From Macrostomum lignano (lineage: Eukaryota): a stretch of DNA of 64,000 bases. Below are positions 34,893 through 48,131 of this stretch, one piece after another (within the stretch, counting starts at the first letter, position 1; each line of letters opens with the position of its first letter). A model generated the notes under the pieces. The model made no database searches. It was not told the DNA's origin and was given only the letters and a program-made list of their open reading frames with translations. The position numbers and the translations under genes are program-made. The DNA lies in assembly GCA_002269645.1 (NCBI GenBank), contig NIVC01002188.1, positions 1 to 64,000 of the forward strand, given 5' to 3'.

Positions 34893-36439
34893 AGTGAAGG
34901 ATGGCTAACTGTAAGCACAGCTTGCCACACTATTAGAATATCTCTTCAGATAGACTTGCTTTAAGCTCTAAGGTTTTTCGTCAGTTCCAATTGCATGAAA
35001 ATAAATTAGATAAGAAAAAAAATTGATTCAATAGCAAGCTTACTGCTATAAAAGGTAACTGCTTTTTCAATTTTATTTTGAACTCTTTACCTGACAATTT
35101 TTTGTCTACCATACTGAATCAATCAAGTATATAATCAACCTTTCCTATAGATAATATTATATAGGGTATAGCACAATATATATGCTTGTGTAAATTTGTA
35201 TTTTTACATTATAAGAAAAAATGTTTTACTTACAACTATAAAACTTTTTTATGCACTAAAAATGAAGTATCTTTGAATATACAAAAAGCTTTGTATGCCA
35301 ACAGTCAAAAAGTAATGATAACTTTATATACCATCTATACCTATAAAAATCAAAACTCTCTGTGTGTGTCTGTGTCTGTGTACAATTTTTATCGCTATGG
35401 ACTCCCAAAGTGGTCAACCAAATTACACCAAATTTTGCACCCACCCTAAGCTCACTACAGAGAATGTCCTAGGCCACCTAAATTCAAGGAGAAACTTGAA
35501 TTTATTTAGGAAAAAAAATTTCCTAAATTCAAGTCTTCCTACCAGTAAGTGCAAAAAAACTGTTTAAAATGCGCAATTTTTTCACTAAATTCTTTATAGC
35601 ACCACTCCAGTTTTACCAGTCCTTTTCAAATTTGACACAAAAAATCTTCAACTTTGATTTTGACAAAATCGTGTAAAATTTCGAGTCTCAAAGTTAATCC
35701 TGAACAGCGCTGTGTACTTCTAAAGTTAGGCTGCTTTTTTCAGTGTAGCAACAACTTCAACTGCCACCTCTCTCTCCTTCCCTTATCTGGCAGGATGTAG
35801 AAAAAGGGGTTTCATAATTTACTTACTTTTGGCTGCCATAAGTTTGCTCCACATGAAGCGATTGACTTCAAACTTGACATAATTCTGCATCGACTTATTC
35901 TCTGTTGAAATGTAAAGATTCAACTCTGTAGCTCAATCAGAACAGAAACTGTAAGCATGTGAAGTTTGTCTGCTTTTTTTGTTGTTTGTGCCACTCACTC
36001 ACTCATTCCCCCGGAGCCAGACCAAGAGTTAGCAATAGGGCTGAATGTACATAGCAAATGTACAATGTTTTGGAATAGCTTTTTTATAGCCTTCTCTGCA
36101 CCCAAGAGGAGAGGTTACATTTAGCCATAACAGTTTAGTGAGAAATTCTAACCACTGCCATCTGTATAGGCAATTCTGCAGCAGTTTAACAGTGGATGGC
36201 AATTGGCAAGTCAAGGGCAGGCAATCCAGCATGGTTTGTAAAAGTGAAATATTTATAAAAAAACGATGTGTTGCAATACAATTCCACTAAATTAGTCGTG
36301 CCATAGAAATTTTAGTTTTAGGCAAGAAAGATGATATGATTAAAGCATGAGAACAACTATAAGAGTACTACAAGTCTATGCCCCATAAACTGGCTTTCCA
36401 AACAGGGATAGACAGACTTTTGCCTCAAAGGCCAGATAA

Positions 36440-37054
36440 AGAATCCAGCTCATGGCTGAGGGGCAGATAAGAGTGGAAAGAAGGAATAGACGATTCGAAA
36501 AGAGAGGAGAGGCGAGAGAGAGGATAAGAAAAAAGATAGATAATAGGAGAGATGAGGGGGTGAGGACGAGAGAGGGGGAGAAGAGGGGAGAGAGGAGAAG
36601 CGAGATGAGAGATGAGATGAGAAAGGAGAGAGAAGAGAGTAGAGATGGGAGAGTAGAGAGCTGCAGATGAGAGGAGAGGAGACAGGAGAGAGGAGAGCAG
36701 AGAGGAGGAGGAAAAAGGAGAGATGAGAGTAAAGGGAAGAGAGAAAAGATAAGGTTGTAGAGATGAGGTGTAAGGGAGATGAGAAATGAGAGATAAAGGA
36801 GGAGAGGTGAGTGGAGAGAGAAGAGAGGAGACAAGAGAGGGAGAGAGTATAGAAGCGGGAATAAAATAGAAGAAAAGAAAGGAGAAAGGAAAGTGAGGAG
36901 TCAAAAGAGGGAAAAGAAGAGTACAGAGGAAAAAGGTGAGAGAACATATAAGACAATAAAGATAACAGATGAAAGAGGGGGATGAGGAGCAGAGAGTGAA
37001 CAGACGAGAGATGGGAGAGTAGAGATAAGAGAGAAAAAGAGAGAAAGAGAGAGA

Positions 37055-37111
<57 letters not shown>

Positions 37112-37614
37112 AGCAGAGAGAAATGAGAACAGATAAGAGAAAAGATAAAAGAAGAGAAAGGAGAGATGAGAGAGCAACTAGACGAGAAAGAAGAGGTGAG
37201 GGAAGAGGCGAGAAGAGGGGAGAGAGGAGAGAGGAAAGAAGTGAAGAGATAAGAGGAGAGAGAGAGGAAATAGTAGAGAGGAGAGATGAGAGAGTAGAGG
37301 AGAGAGTTGAGAGAAGAGAGGAGAGAGGAAAGAGAAAAGAAGAGAGAAGAGATGGCATAAGAGAGATGATAGAGAGGAGAGATGAGAGAGACAAGAGAGG
37401 GAGAGAGTATAGAAGCGGGAATAAAATAGAAGAAAAGAAAGGAGAAAGGAAAGTGAGGAGTCAAAAGAGGGAAAAGAAGAGTACAGAGGAAAAAGGTGAG
37501 AGAACATATAAGACAATAAAGATAACAGATGAAAGAGGGGGATGAGGAGCAGAGAGTGAACAGACGAGAGATGGGAGAGTAGAGATAAGAGAGAAAAAGA
37601 GAGAAAGAGAGAGA

Positions 37615-37671
<57 letters not shown>

Positions 37672-38090
37672 AGCAGAGAGAAATGAGAACAGATAAGAGA
37701 AAAGATAAAAGAAGAGAAAGGAGAGATGAGAGAGCAACTAGACGAGAAAGAAGAGGTGAGGGAAGAGGCGAGAAGAGGGGAGAGAGGAGAGAGGAAAGAA
37801 GTGAAGAGATAAGAGGAGAGAGAGAGGAAATAGTAGAGAGGAGAGATGAGAGAGTAGAGGAGAGAGTTGAGAGAAGAGAGGAGAGAGGAAAGAGAAAAGA
37901 AGAGAGAAGAGATGGCATAAGAGAGATGATAGAGAGGAGAGATGAGAGAAGCTAAGAGAGAAAGGGGAAAAGAGGAGAGAGGAAAAAAGAGAAGAGATGA
38001 GAGGAGAGAAGGAAGAGAGGAGACGAGGGACGAGAGAGAAAAGAGGAAACAGATTAGAAGATAGAAGTTTCAAAGGATCCAAGGGATATA
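36440..38090. repeat. Purine-rich (GA) low-complexity tract containing a 560-bp direct duplication, each copy with a (GA)n run
   Basis: Unique anchor ACAAGAGAGGGAGAGAGTATAGAAGCGGG at 36831 and 37391; paired ORF starts at 37177 and 37737. Confidence 0.93.
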
Positions 38091-39059
38091 GAGAGAGTCA
38101 GAGGCAGAGGCCAGAGTTTGCCAATACATGTTTTACAGACATTGCATGACATTCTGCACAGCTTCCCATCCAACAATATCAATGTTTGCCTCAAATCCTA
38201 ACTTTACACAAATGTACTTCATTCTATGTTTACCTCTATCCTACTAATATTAACAATTTTTTGTTTGAGTATGGTCTCATATTTCAGAATACATGCAAAA
38301 ATAGTTCCAGGGATTGGAATTCCCTGGGTTCAAAATCCATGTTTCAACAGCTTGTTGTGAATAAATTATATCAATATTTCTATCATATAATATAACTATT
38401 TTCAAAAACAAAAAACAAAAAACAAAATACCTTAGAAGGTAGTACCTTATAATTAGAAGGTAATACCATAAGTCTATGAGCGTATAAGGCACATTTCTAG
38501 GCAATATAACAAATGAAGGCTATACTGAAGGCTATATTGAGGAGACAGACAAACAGAAAGACAGACAGACAGACATACATACAGACAGACAGGCGGCTAT
38601 ATTGAATATAGGGTACCAGCATACAGTTGACAAATCTACAAAAAGTTATGTCATAACATTTAAGATATAGATAGAACTAGCAATCTAGTGCCCCCCTGGA
38701 GCACTCAATAAGCAAAAAGCAAAAATTATTCATGCAAATCCATTAAAAATCACATTTTCCTAAGAACCAACTCCTTTAGTATTTTATATCACCTTTTGTA
38801 TAAAATTGTCACAGACAAAGACTTTTGCTACAATCTTTTTTTCTAAAAGTAACAAACTTTCAAGAGGTTGTCAATGATCTATGTCTTACCTAGTGCAATA
38901 AACATTTTCTTATGTATTATAACTTATAATAATCACTTTCTAAACTAGTGCAACAATCTGCCTTAGCTAGTGCAATAATTAATCTGTCTCAGGTAGTGCC
39001 ATAATCAGTCTGTTCATATTTAGGCTACCTCTCATCAAATTTATAAAATGAATTTTGGC

Positions 39060-39340
39060 ACTTATATGATATGACGCCTCTTTTATGTTTGACATGATGC
39101 CTTTTTTAAGTTTCATGGTGCATCTTTTTTGTTTGACATGACACTTTCTTATATTTCACATGGTGACTCTTTTGTGTTTGATGTGACACTTCTTTATGCT
39201 TGACATGACATCTTTTGTGTTTGACATGATGCTTCCTCTATGTTTGGCATGATGCTTCTTTTATATTTCATGACACTTCTTTTATGTTTTACTCCATTTA
39301 TGATAGACATGGCACTTCTTTGATTTTCCAGGGCACTTCT
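39060..39340. repeat. Degenerate ~22-23 bp tandem repeat (TTTTATGTTTGACATGACAC-like)
   Basis: Direct observation. Confidence 0.75.
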
Positions 39341-39394
39341 TTTAAGTGTTAGCATTTTTGTGTTTATAAGGCTTTTTAACAAAAAATGTTTATA

Positions 39395-40390
39395 CGAGGG
39401 GTATCCCAAAAGTTGGTGCACTTTCTTCGCTACAGCCTTTTCTGACCAATCAGAAAAATTTATTTTGTTGCAGTTAACAAGAGAATTATCTGCCCATTAA
39501 AATGACTTTCTATTTATTTCTGTATCTGCTGGCATTCTTGAAATATGAGCACTTTTCTGCCCCAACCCCGGTGCTACTTCTACAAATTGCCATAGACCAA
39601 ATCTTTGTACCTTTGTACAATGAAACATTCAACTAATCAATAAAACATCCACAACATGAAAGCTGAGGAAAGAACAGTCAAAAGTTAATCATTAATATTG
39701 TCCTGAGGCTTCTCCACATAGTCACCACTGTGCTGCACACACTTCTGCATGATTGGCTGTGCATGTTGTCAAGGGAATCAGCAATGGCATCAGTAATGGC
39801 ATTGACAAATTCAGGAATTGCTTGACACTGATGCCAGACTGACAGGTTGTGAGATTGCAGACATGCTCGGCAGTCCAGCTGACTTTGCCTTCTTTCCAAA
39901 GAGGAAGAAGCTGCTACATGGACGAATCTTTGGCTTGTTGTGGGAGCCTAGAAACATTGACACGCCAAGTTCTCCTTCATGAGATGCCACATTCAGATTT
40001 TGCTGATGCCCTTGATGACATGCACAGCCGATGGCAGAAGTGTGCAGCGCAGTGGTGACTATGTGGAGAAGCCTTAGGACAATGTTGATGATTAACTTTT
40101 GACTGTTCTTTCCTCACTTTCATGTTGCGGATGTTTTGTTGATTCGTTGAATGTTTCGTTGCTTTGTGCATCAGGTACAAAGATTTGGTCTATGGCAATT
40201 TGTAGAAATAGTACAGGGGTTGGGGCAGAAAAGTGCTCATATTTCAAGAATGCCAGCAGATACAGAAATAAATAGAAAGTCATTTCAATGGGCAGATAAT
40301 TCTCTTGTTAACTGCAACAAAATAATTTTTTCTGATTGGTCAGAAAAGGCTGTAGCGAAGAAAGTGCACCAACTTTTGGGACACCCCTCG
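39395..40390. mobile_element. Mariner-type MITE, 996 bp, ~390-bp inverted arms, TA target duplication
   Basis: TA|CGAGGGGT(A/G)TCCCAAAAGTTGGTGCACTTTCTTCGCTACAGCC at both ends in inverted orientation; arms ~39395-39784 and ~40000-40390. Confidence 0.9.
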
Positions 40391-41042
40391 TACTACTAAG
40401 ATTCAAATTCAGGTTGCTACATTAGTAGTCTAGGCTGTTCACATCTAGGATATCTCTTGTCAGTTTGATACTATGAAGTGTAGCCCTAATAATTCAATAC
40501 TTACATCATGTTGGTTAGAATAAAAAATATGAAAATCATTTCTCAATCAGCTAGCATCAATTTCTATTTCACTTGAAGATGTGTTCAAGAAACACATCTA
40601 TATAATTATTAATTCATTAAAATAGGGTCTCTTTTAATTTTTAAAGTCATAAACCCTTTAGTTTTGTAGCAAAAAATGAATTTAGTGCAATTAGCAATTT
40701 TCAGAAAATATTAGTGGCACTTTGATAGTGCACACTAATTGGAATTTCAATTCTGCGGAATTAGCAGCATTAATAAAATGTTAGTGGTACTCTAGTTGAA
40801 TTCAAATTTAGTGGCCCTAGAGCCTATCACTATACATATATACAGACAGCTCATTTTTAGTATATAGGAAAGATTACGCCTTGGTTGCAGAAAACAATAC
40901 CATGATAGCACTAGTAGTGGTAGAAGCCCAAGCTATTGTCTAGCCTAAGCCAGTCAGGCAATTGAAGTTGGTAGTAATCAAGTGGACAGCCATGGAAGAC
41001 AAAGAAGTTCAATGAGTTAAATGGCTTACCCTGGGGAAGCAA

Positions 41043-41336
41043 CTGTTCATACATGCGCAACCTCCAAAATTCGGTCGGCCGTGCGACTTAGTTTTAACAA
41101 AAATGCGACGTAGTTTTTGGCCAAAAATGCGACTTACATGTAAAAAAAACCCTAAAGCAAAATTAACGCAACTTTGGGTAAACGGCAAGAGTAACTATGA
41201 CTGTCTTAGTAAGCTAAAATGCCTCGTCAGCTACTTAGTACTATTACTTGGGTGTTTTTTTGGGTGGGCATTTTTGTGATTTTCTTGGTTGGCCAGATTG
41301 GCCGACTTGGCCGACTGTTGCGCATGTATGCAACTG
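41043..41336. mobile_element. ~295-bp MITE-like element
   Basis: GTT(G)CATACATGCGCAAC inverted termini with internal TCGGCC and AAAAATGCGAC subrepeats; no TSD found. Confidence 0.5.
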
Positions 41337-42224
41337 TTGATTCTATATGACCCAAAGACAGGCTTAACTGCTAAATGATCAAGCCAACAAGCCAATACTG
41401 GTCATTTTGGCTATTATGAAAAGACAACCACCAGGCACAAAGTGCAATATGTATGACTAGCCAGTATTAGCAGATTTGACCAAGATGTGTGGATGATAGC
41501 CAGCAATGGCAACATCATTGGTTGGCCAGCAACAGCTAGCAGTGGCAATATCATCAGCTACTCTTGTGCCACTAACAATGGAAGTGCCATCAAGAATTCC
41601 ACAAATTAACTAGCTATGACCACAAGACCCAATGGCAGCCCAAAGACCAGCTATAACACCTTTATTTGGTGCTGGTCACCCAAAAATAGATTTGGTAGAC
41701 CTAGGTTTAGGTGCCAATTTCTATGCAAAGGTCAAGCAAAATTTTCGACTTGAAATGCATTGTAAGAATGCTAGAGAAAAAACTGACTGGTTGAATTCTG
41801 ATTCTGAAATAGATTGCATCATCACAATAGGCTTTTATTTATCGTCTGTGTACTGGCTGAATTTTGACACTGAATTGAATTACGTCACAGTATCAAAAAC
41901 GCAGTGTGGAAGCATAGCACAATACTTGATTTATCTTGCGTAACCATATTGCTAGCTTTAATAGACTGGTACTGACTTGCCTAAGAAATTGATTATGTTA
42001 TAACTGCCTTGTGTAACTTTTACTCAATTGACTTGGTGTGAGTGTTGAATTATAAGTGCTACAAATTCATTTATAATTTCAATGAGAGCTAGCCTAGATG
42101 TAAACACACTGGACTGCTAATGCAGCTACCTGGGTTTGAATCTTAGTAGTATATATAAAAGAATAAAAGTAGTATAAATTTTTTATTGAAAGCTTTTATT
42201 AAAAAACTAATTAAAAAGACCTGG

Positions 42225-44250
42225 ATTATGGATTATAAGCCAAGGATTATTGCACTTGATAAACCAAGGATTATTGCACTGGATAAGCCAAGGATTACTG
42301 CACTTGATAAACCAAGGATTATTGCACTTGATAGGCCAAGGATTACTGCACTTGATAAACCAAGGATTATTGCACTTGATAAACCAAGAATTATTGCACT
42401 TGATAAGCCAAGGATTACTGCACTTGATAAACCAAGGATTATTGCACTTGATAGGCCAAGGATTACTGCACTTGATAAACCAAGGATTATTGCACTTAAT
42501 AAGCCAAAGATTACTGCGCTTGTAACCCAAGGATTATTGCACTTGATAAACCAAAGATTATTGCACTTGATAAGCCAAGGATTATAGCACTCAATAAGCC
42601 AAGGATTATTGCACTTGATAAACCAAGGATTATTGCACTGGATAAGCCAAGGATTACTGCACTTGATAAACCAAGGATTATTGTACTTGATAGGCCAAGG
42701 ATTACTGCACTTGATAAACCAATGATTATTGCACTTAATAAGCCAAAGATTACTGCGCTTGATAAACCAAGGATTATTGCACTTGATAAACCAAGGATTA
42801 TTGCACTTGATAAACCAAGGATTATTGCACTCGATAAGCCAAGGATTACTGCACTTGATAAACCAAAGATTACTGCACTTGATAAGCCAAGGATTACTGC
42901 ACTTGATAAACCAAAGATTACTGCACTTGATAAGCCAAGGATTACTGCACTTGATAAACCAAGGATTATTGCACTTGATAAGCCAAGGATTATTGCACTC
43001 AATAAGCCAAGGACTACTGCGCTTGATAAACCAAGGATTATTGCACTTATTAAGCCAAGGACTATTGCACTTGATAAGCCAAGGATTATAGCACTCGATA
43101 AACCAAGGATTATTGCACTTAATAAGCCAAAGATTACTGCGCTTGATAAACCAAGGATTATTGCACTTGATAAACCAAGGATTATTGCACTTGATAAGCC
43201 AAGGATTATTGCACTCAATAAGCCAAGGACTACTGCGCTTGATAAACCAAGGATTATTGCACTTGATAAGCCAAGGACTATTGCACTTGATAAGCCAAGG
43301 ATTATAGCACTCGATAAGCCAAGGATTATTGCACTTGATAAACCAAGGATTATTGCACTTGATAGGCCAAGGATTACTGCACTTGATAAACCAAGGATTA
43401 CTGCACTTGATAAGCCAAGGATTATTGCACTCCATAAGCCAAGGATTGCTGTGCTTGATAAACCAAGGATTATTGCACTTGATAAACCAAGGATTATTGC
43501 ACTTGATAAACCAAGGACTACTGCGCTTGATAAACAAAGGATTACTGCACTTGATAAACCAAGGAATATTGCACTTGATAAGCCAATGATTATTGCACTT
43601 GGTAGACCAGAACTTACTGCACTTGATAAGCCAAGGATTATTGCACTTGATAGACCAGAACTTACTGCACTTGATAAACCCCCTTACTGCACTTGATAAA
43701 CCAAGGATTACTGCACACTTGATAAGCCAAGGATTACTGCACTTGATAAACCAAGACTTACTGCACTTGGTAAGCCAAGGATTACTGCACTTAATAGACC
43801 AGAACTTACTGCACTTGATAAGCCAAGGATTACTGCACTTGATAAACCAATGATTATTGCACTTGATTAACCAAGACTACTGCACTTGATAAACCAAGGA
43901 TTACTACATTTGATAAACCAAGACTTACTGCACTTGTTAGACCAAGGCTTACTGTACTTGATTAACCAAGGATTTCTGCACTTGATAAATGAAGGATTAC
44001 TGCACTTGATAAGCCAAGGATTACTTCGCTTGATAAGTCAAAGATTTCTGCACTTGATAAACCAAGACTTACTGCACTTGATAAACCAAGGATTACTGCA
44101 GTTTATATACCAAGGATTACTGCACTTGATAAACCAAGGATTTCTGCACTTGATAGACCAAGGATTACTGCACTTGGTAAATGAAGGCTTACTGCACTTG
44201 ATAAACCAAGGATTACTGCGCTTTGCAAACAAAGGATTACTGCGCTTAAT
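42225..44250. repeat. 24-bp minisatellite (CCAAGGATTATTGCACTTGATAAA), ~84 copies
   Basis: 8-aa periodicity (LDKPRIIA) in ORFs; divergence increases rightwards. Confidence 0.97.
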
Positions 44251-44279
44251 AAGCTTAGCTACATGTATGGGATTCTTTC

Positions 44280-44850
44280 TATCTAGGGATGTTTGCTTTT
44301 TATGGATTCTTGCTAACTGGGTGGATGCTTCTGCAATATCTGGGGGGTGCTTGGTATCTGCAGGATGCTTGCTGTCTGGGTGGATGCTTCTACAATATTT
44401 GGGGGATGCTTGCTATCTAGCTGGATGCTTCTACAATATTTGGGAGATGCTTGTTATCTGCAGATGCTTGCTATTTGGGTGGATGCTTCTACAATATTTG
44501 GGAAATGCTTGCTGTCTGCAGGATGCTTGCTATCTGCAGATGCTTGCTATCTGGGTGGATGCTTCTACAATATTTGGGGGATGCTTGCTATCTAGGTGGA
44601 TGCTTCTACAATATTTGGGGGATGCTTGCTATCTAGGTGGATGCTTCTACAATTGTTGGGGGATGCTTGTTATCTGCAGATGCTTGCTATCTGGGTGGAT
44701 GATTCTACAATATTTGGGAAATGCTTGCTGTCTGCAGGATGCTTGCTATCTGGGTGGATGCTTGCTACGAATATTAGGGGATGCTTGCCATCTGCAGTTG
44801 CTTACTTTTGGAGGGAGTGCTTGCTATCTGGAGGGATGCTTGCTGTCTTG
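44280..44850. repeat. Two-monomer minisatellite (GGATGCTTGCTATCTGGGT / GGATGCTTCTACAATATTTGGG)
   Basis: Alternating 19- and 22-bp units sharing GGATGCTT. Confidence 0.92.
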
Positions 44851-46039
44851 GGAATATTTTCTATTTAGGGTTAATGTCTGTTATCTTTGTGAAAGTTATA
44901 TTTTGTTGTATATTTGTTAATTTTATAAAAAAAATAGATTCATAGCAAATATCATTGTCCGTGACAATTTTACATGAATAAGATGATTTTTAAAAGTTAG
45001 GAAGGAATTGGTGTTTAAGAAAATGTGCTTTTTTAATTGTTTTCCATTAACTATTTTTGCTCCGTGCTTATTGGGTGCCCCAAAGGGGGGCTGCACTATA
45101 TTGCTAGTTTATACTATTTTTCTTCACTATTTAAAACAAAAATTTAATCAGGAAAATATTTTGGTAAATACAAATAGGCCTAGTTAAACAAAAAGTTTTT
45201 CTTAGATTTGTATAGATTTAAAATGCATTAAAGTTTTATAATTTTCATGTAAAATAAATAATACAAAGAGGCCTTTCACATGTATAATAATAAAAGAGTA
45301 TTGCAAAGATATGACATGCTAATATATGTAACTAGGCCTAGGCCTATTATACTTGATAGGCTTATTTAAACAATTATAGAAACAAGTAAATTATATGTTG
45401 TTTGTTTAATTTATATAAGTCTAGGCCTACTACAATTGTTAAAAAAAGTTGTTTTGTTTGCTAATAGACATTAAGATAAAATACAAAATGACTTATCAAA
45501 GTCTATACACCTAAAATTAGAAAGTCATTTAGTATATTTAGATGATCATGATTAGGCCTATAGGCCCTAATTTTAACCTATTGGTTACCAGTGTTGGGCA
45601 CCAGTCCGTTAATAAGCGATAACCCATTAATAAGCATTAATAAGCGTTAAGATTTTTCATTAACGTTAACAGACTGTCGTTAAGATTTTTTGAACTAACG
45701 GATTAATAAATTTGTGTTAAAAATTTTGTGAATTAACGATAACTTCATTGTTAATGGTAGTGTCTATGTTAATGACCAAAGACACAAAGAAGGAACGAAA
45801 AATAGAAGTCTTACAAGAAGTTTACGGACTACGAGACTGACCTCTCTTTGGTCCACACCCATTCCTGACGGCTTGGCCCAAAATCAGGCCATAGACAATT
45901 TTTTTCTTGTAATGCTCACCCATTCCCACCAGGAACAGTTTCTAAAGTACTACAGAGTTTCTACATAGACTTTACATATACTTATTGACTGCGTATGCGT
46001 AGAGTTTGCACAGAGATTTTCTGTTTCAAGCAAATATAC

Positions 46040-48131
46040 ATGGATTCTAACGCCAGTTTTGACTCTGATACTTCGTCAAGTCAGTATACCACCGCTGATG
46101 AAACTTTTGAATGGTCTGAGGACGATGAGATGGACATCACTGAGAACAATGAGCAAGCCGGTGGGTGGCACATGGTTCAACCGAATGAGGACAACAGGCC
46201 ATCAGCCTTACCCGATTTTCTCGGAACACCTGGCATCCGACCAGACTGGCAGCCTCCACCAACTGCTGATGGAAACGAAGATGCTTTCCTAAAGCTTTTT
46301 TTCCAGATCAGTTGTTTGAAGACCTCAGCAATTGGACTAATGCTAAGGCTTGGAGAATCTTTCAAGAAGCCAAAACAGAGGTTGCACTGCCGAAGCAAGT
46401 GTTGAAATGGTGGGACTCAACAACGGATGAAGTTCGTAAGTTAGTGGGAATCATGCTTTTGATGGGTGTTGACAAGAAGCCGGAAATCGCCAACTACTAG
46501 TCAACTGATCTAGCGTTTCATTGTCCCCTTTTGGCCAAGCCATTCTCGCTCTCAAGAGACCGCTTCAAGCAGCTGCTGTCTTGCCAGCATTTTTACAACT
46601 GTGCTGAGGCTTTAGAAGATGGCCCTCTGGCAAAGATGGAGCCCTTTCTGCACAGTGTAAAGCATCTGTGCAGCAACAATTACATGCCACGGCAGCGACT
46701 GTCGGTTGATGAGACACTCGTTTTGTACAAGGGCAGAGTTGCCTTTAAACAGTACATTCCAACAAAGAAAAGTAAATATGGAATTAAAATGTATTGTATC
46801 TGTGAGAGCGAGAGTGCGTACTTATGGAACTTTGTTGTCCACATATTCCCTGAGGTCAATAATCATTTCGGTGAAGGTCTTGGGTGTCAAGACTTGACGA
46901 TGAGTGCGAAGGTTGTTGCAAAACTGTGCCGCAATTTGCTTAATCTTGGACACCACGTCTTCACTGACAGTTAGTTTACGTCTCAGTGGCTAGCTACTTG
47001 GCTGCTGCAGCATGATACGCTGCTAACTGGGACAGTACAGAAAAACTGCGGTATCCCAGCTGAACTGCAAGCTGCCAACCTACATCCAACTTCATCTGTA
47101 TTTGCTCGCTCAGGCAACCTACTAGCTTGCAAATTTGTCGACAGGAAGCAGAGCGGCACAAAAACTGTATCTGCTAGATACAGCAGGAAAAGCTGATTGC
47201 ATCCAGGTCCATCGTACCCGTCGTGGAGGTGCCGTGTAGGTGGTGCCGAAGCCTGTAAGTGTGTTAGCATACTGTGCCTGTGCCAGCATGGGTGGTGTTG
47301 ACCATCTGGACGCTTCAATGCACCCATACCTAGCCAATCGCAAGAGCATGCACTGGTTCCACACAGCTTGGGTTCCACCTTTTCCTGATGCTTGTGAGAA
47401 ATGCCTGGGTCATCTTCAAGCAATCGGGCGGCACAAAGACCTTCTTGCAGTTTATAAGGCTCACAGTCAAATCAAATATCTGTTGGAGGCATAGATAAAG
47501 TATACCATAGATTCCACCCTACCCCCGCGGAGTGTCTAAATTGTGACCATCACTTTATTCACTGCGCTCCTATTGGCTGGGCCACGCTATGCACATTGAG
47601 TCCACGTGTACATTCCCCCAACTCCGCTTTTCTATTATCTCCGCTTTAACTGTTGAAACTGGTAAGACATCCTTTCGTTCCGCGCATTAAAGTTATAAAG
47701 CTTTCTTGTGTAGAAGGGGTGAGGGAATGAAATCGAAGGTGTTGAAAGGAAGGCTTTCGCGCCAGCCAATGAGAGCACGGTGAGTTTTATGGTGGTCAAA
47801 GTTTGGACACGAGCGTGTGTACATTCTGGGCAGGGGTGGAATCTATGGTATACTTTATCTATGGTTGGAGGACACTAGTGTTGCCAGGCGACACGGTCAA
47901 ATGCCAGATAGAGCAGCTGCCGGTGCTGGCGCTAAAGCTGTATGCAATGGAGCTGCTGCTCATTCTCCAAGCAAAGCTCCTAGACACAGAGACCAGGCTC
48001 GGCCACGCAAACGATTCCGAGTATGCTATGCGACTGGCCAAGTGAAGAAGACAGTGTTTATGTGCGAAGCTTGCCCCAGAATGCCAGCACTCTGCCTTGG
48101 TGCTTGCTTCATGAAATTTCATACCAATTAG
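46040..48131 (+). pseudogene. piggyBac (PGBD4-like) transposase pseudogene
   Basis: MSRDRF-like LSRDRF, SVDETLVLYKGRVAFKQYIPTKKSKYGIKMY, HVFTDS, GGVDHLD (DDD triad) and Cys-rich C-terminus CYATGQVKKTVFMCEACPRMPALCLGACFMKFH; frameshifts, stops and a MITE insertion. Confidence 0.92.
47490..47863. mobile_element. 374-bp MITE with 30-bp perfect TIR and 8-bp TSD (P- or hAT-like)
   Basis: CATAGATAAAGTATACCATAGATTCCACCC inverted; TSD GTTGGAGG (47482-47489 / 47864-47871); removal restores KYLLE|DTSVARR reading frame. Confidence 0.92.

Noticed and set aside
35350-35480. (TG/TCTG) tract plus ACCAAATTACACCAAATTTTG resembling DINE-1/Helentron-type short elements (also ~38540-38700, ~48850-49110)
   Set aside because: Termini and subterminal inverted repeats could not be defined with confidence.
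36376-38082. Leu/Ser-rich and Arg/Glu-rich ORFs
   Set aside because: Compositional artefact of the GA tract.
42186-44920. LDKPRIIA, IKCNNPW, HLINQGLL and Cys-rich ORFs up to 434 aa
   Set aside because: A unit length divisible by 3 keeps several frames open on both strands; no unique flanking coding sequence or splice context.
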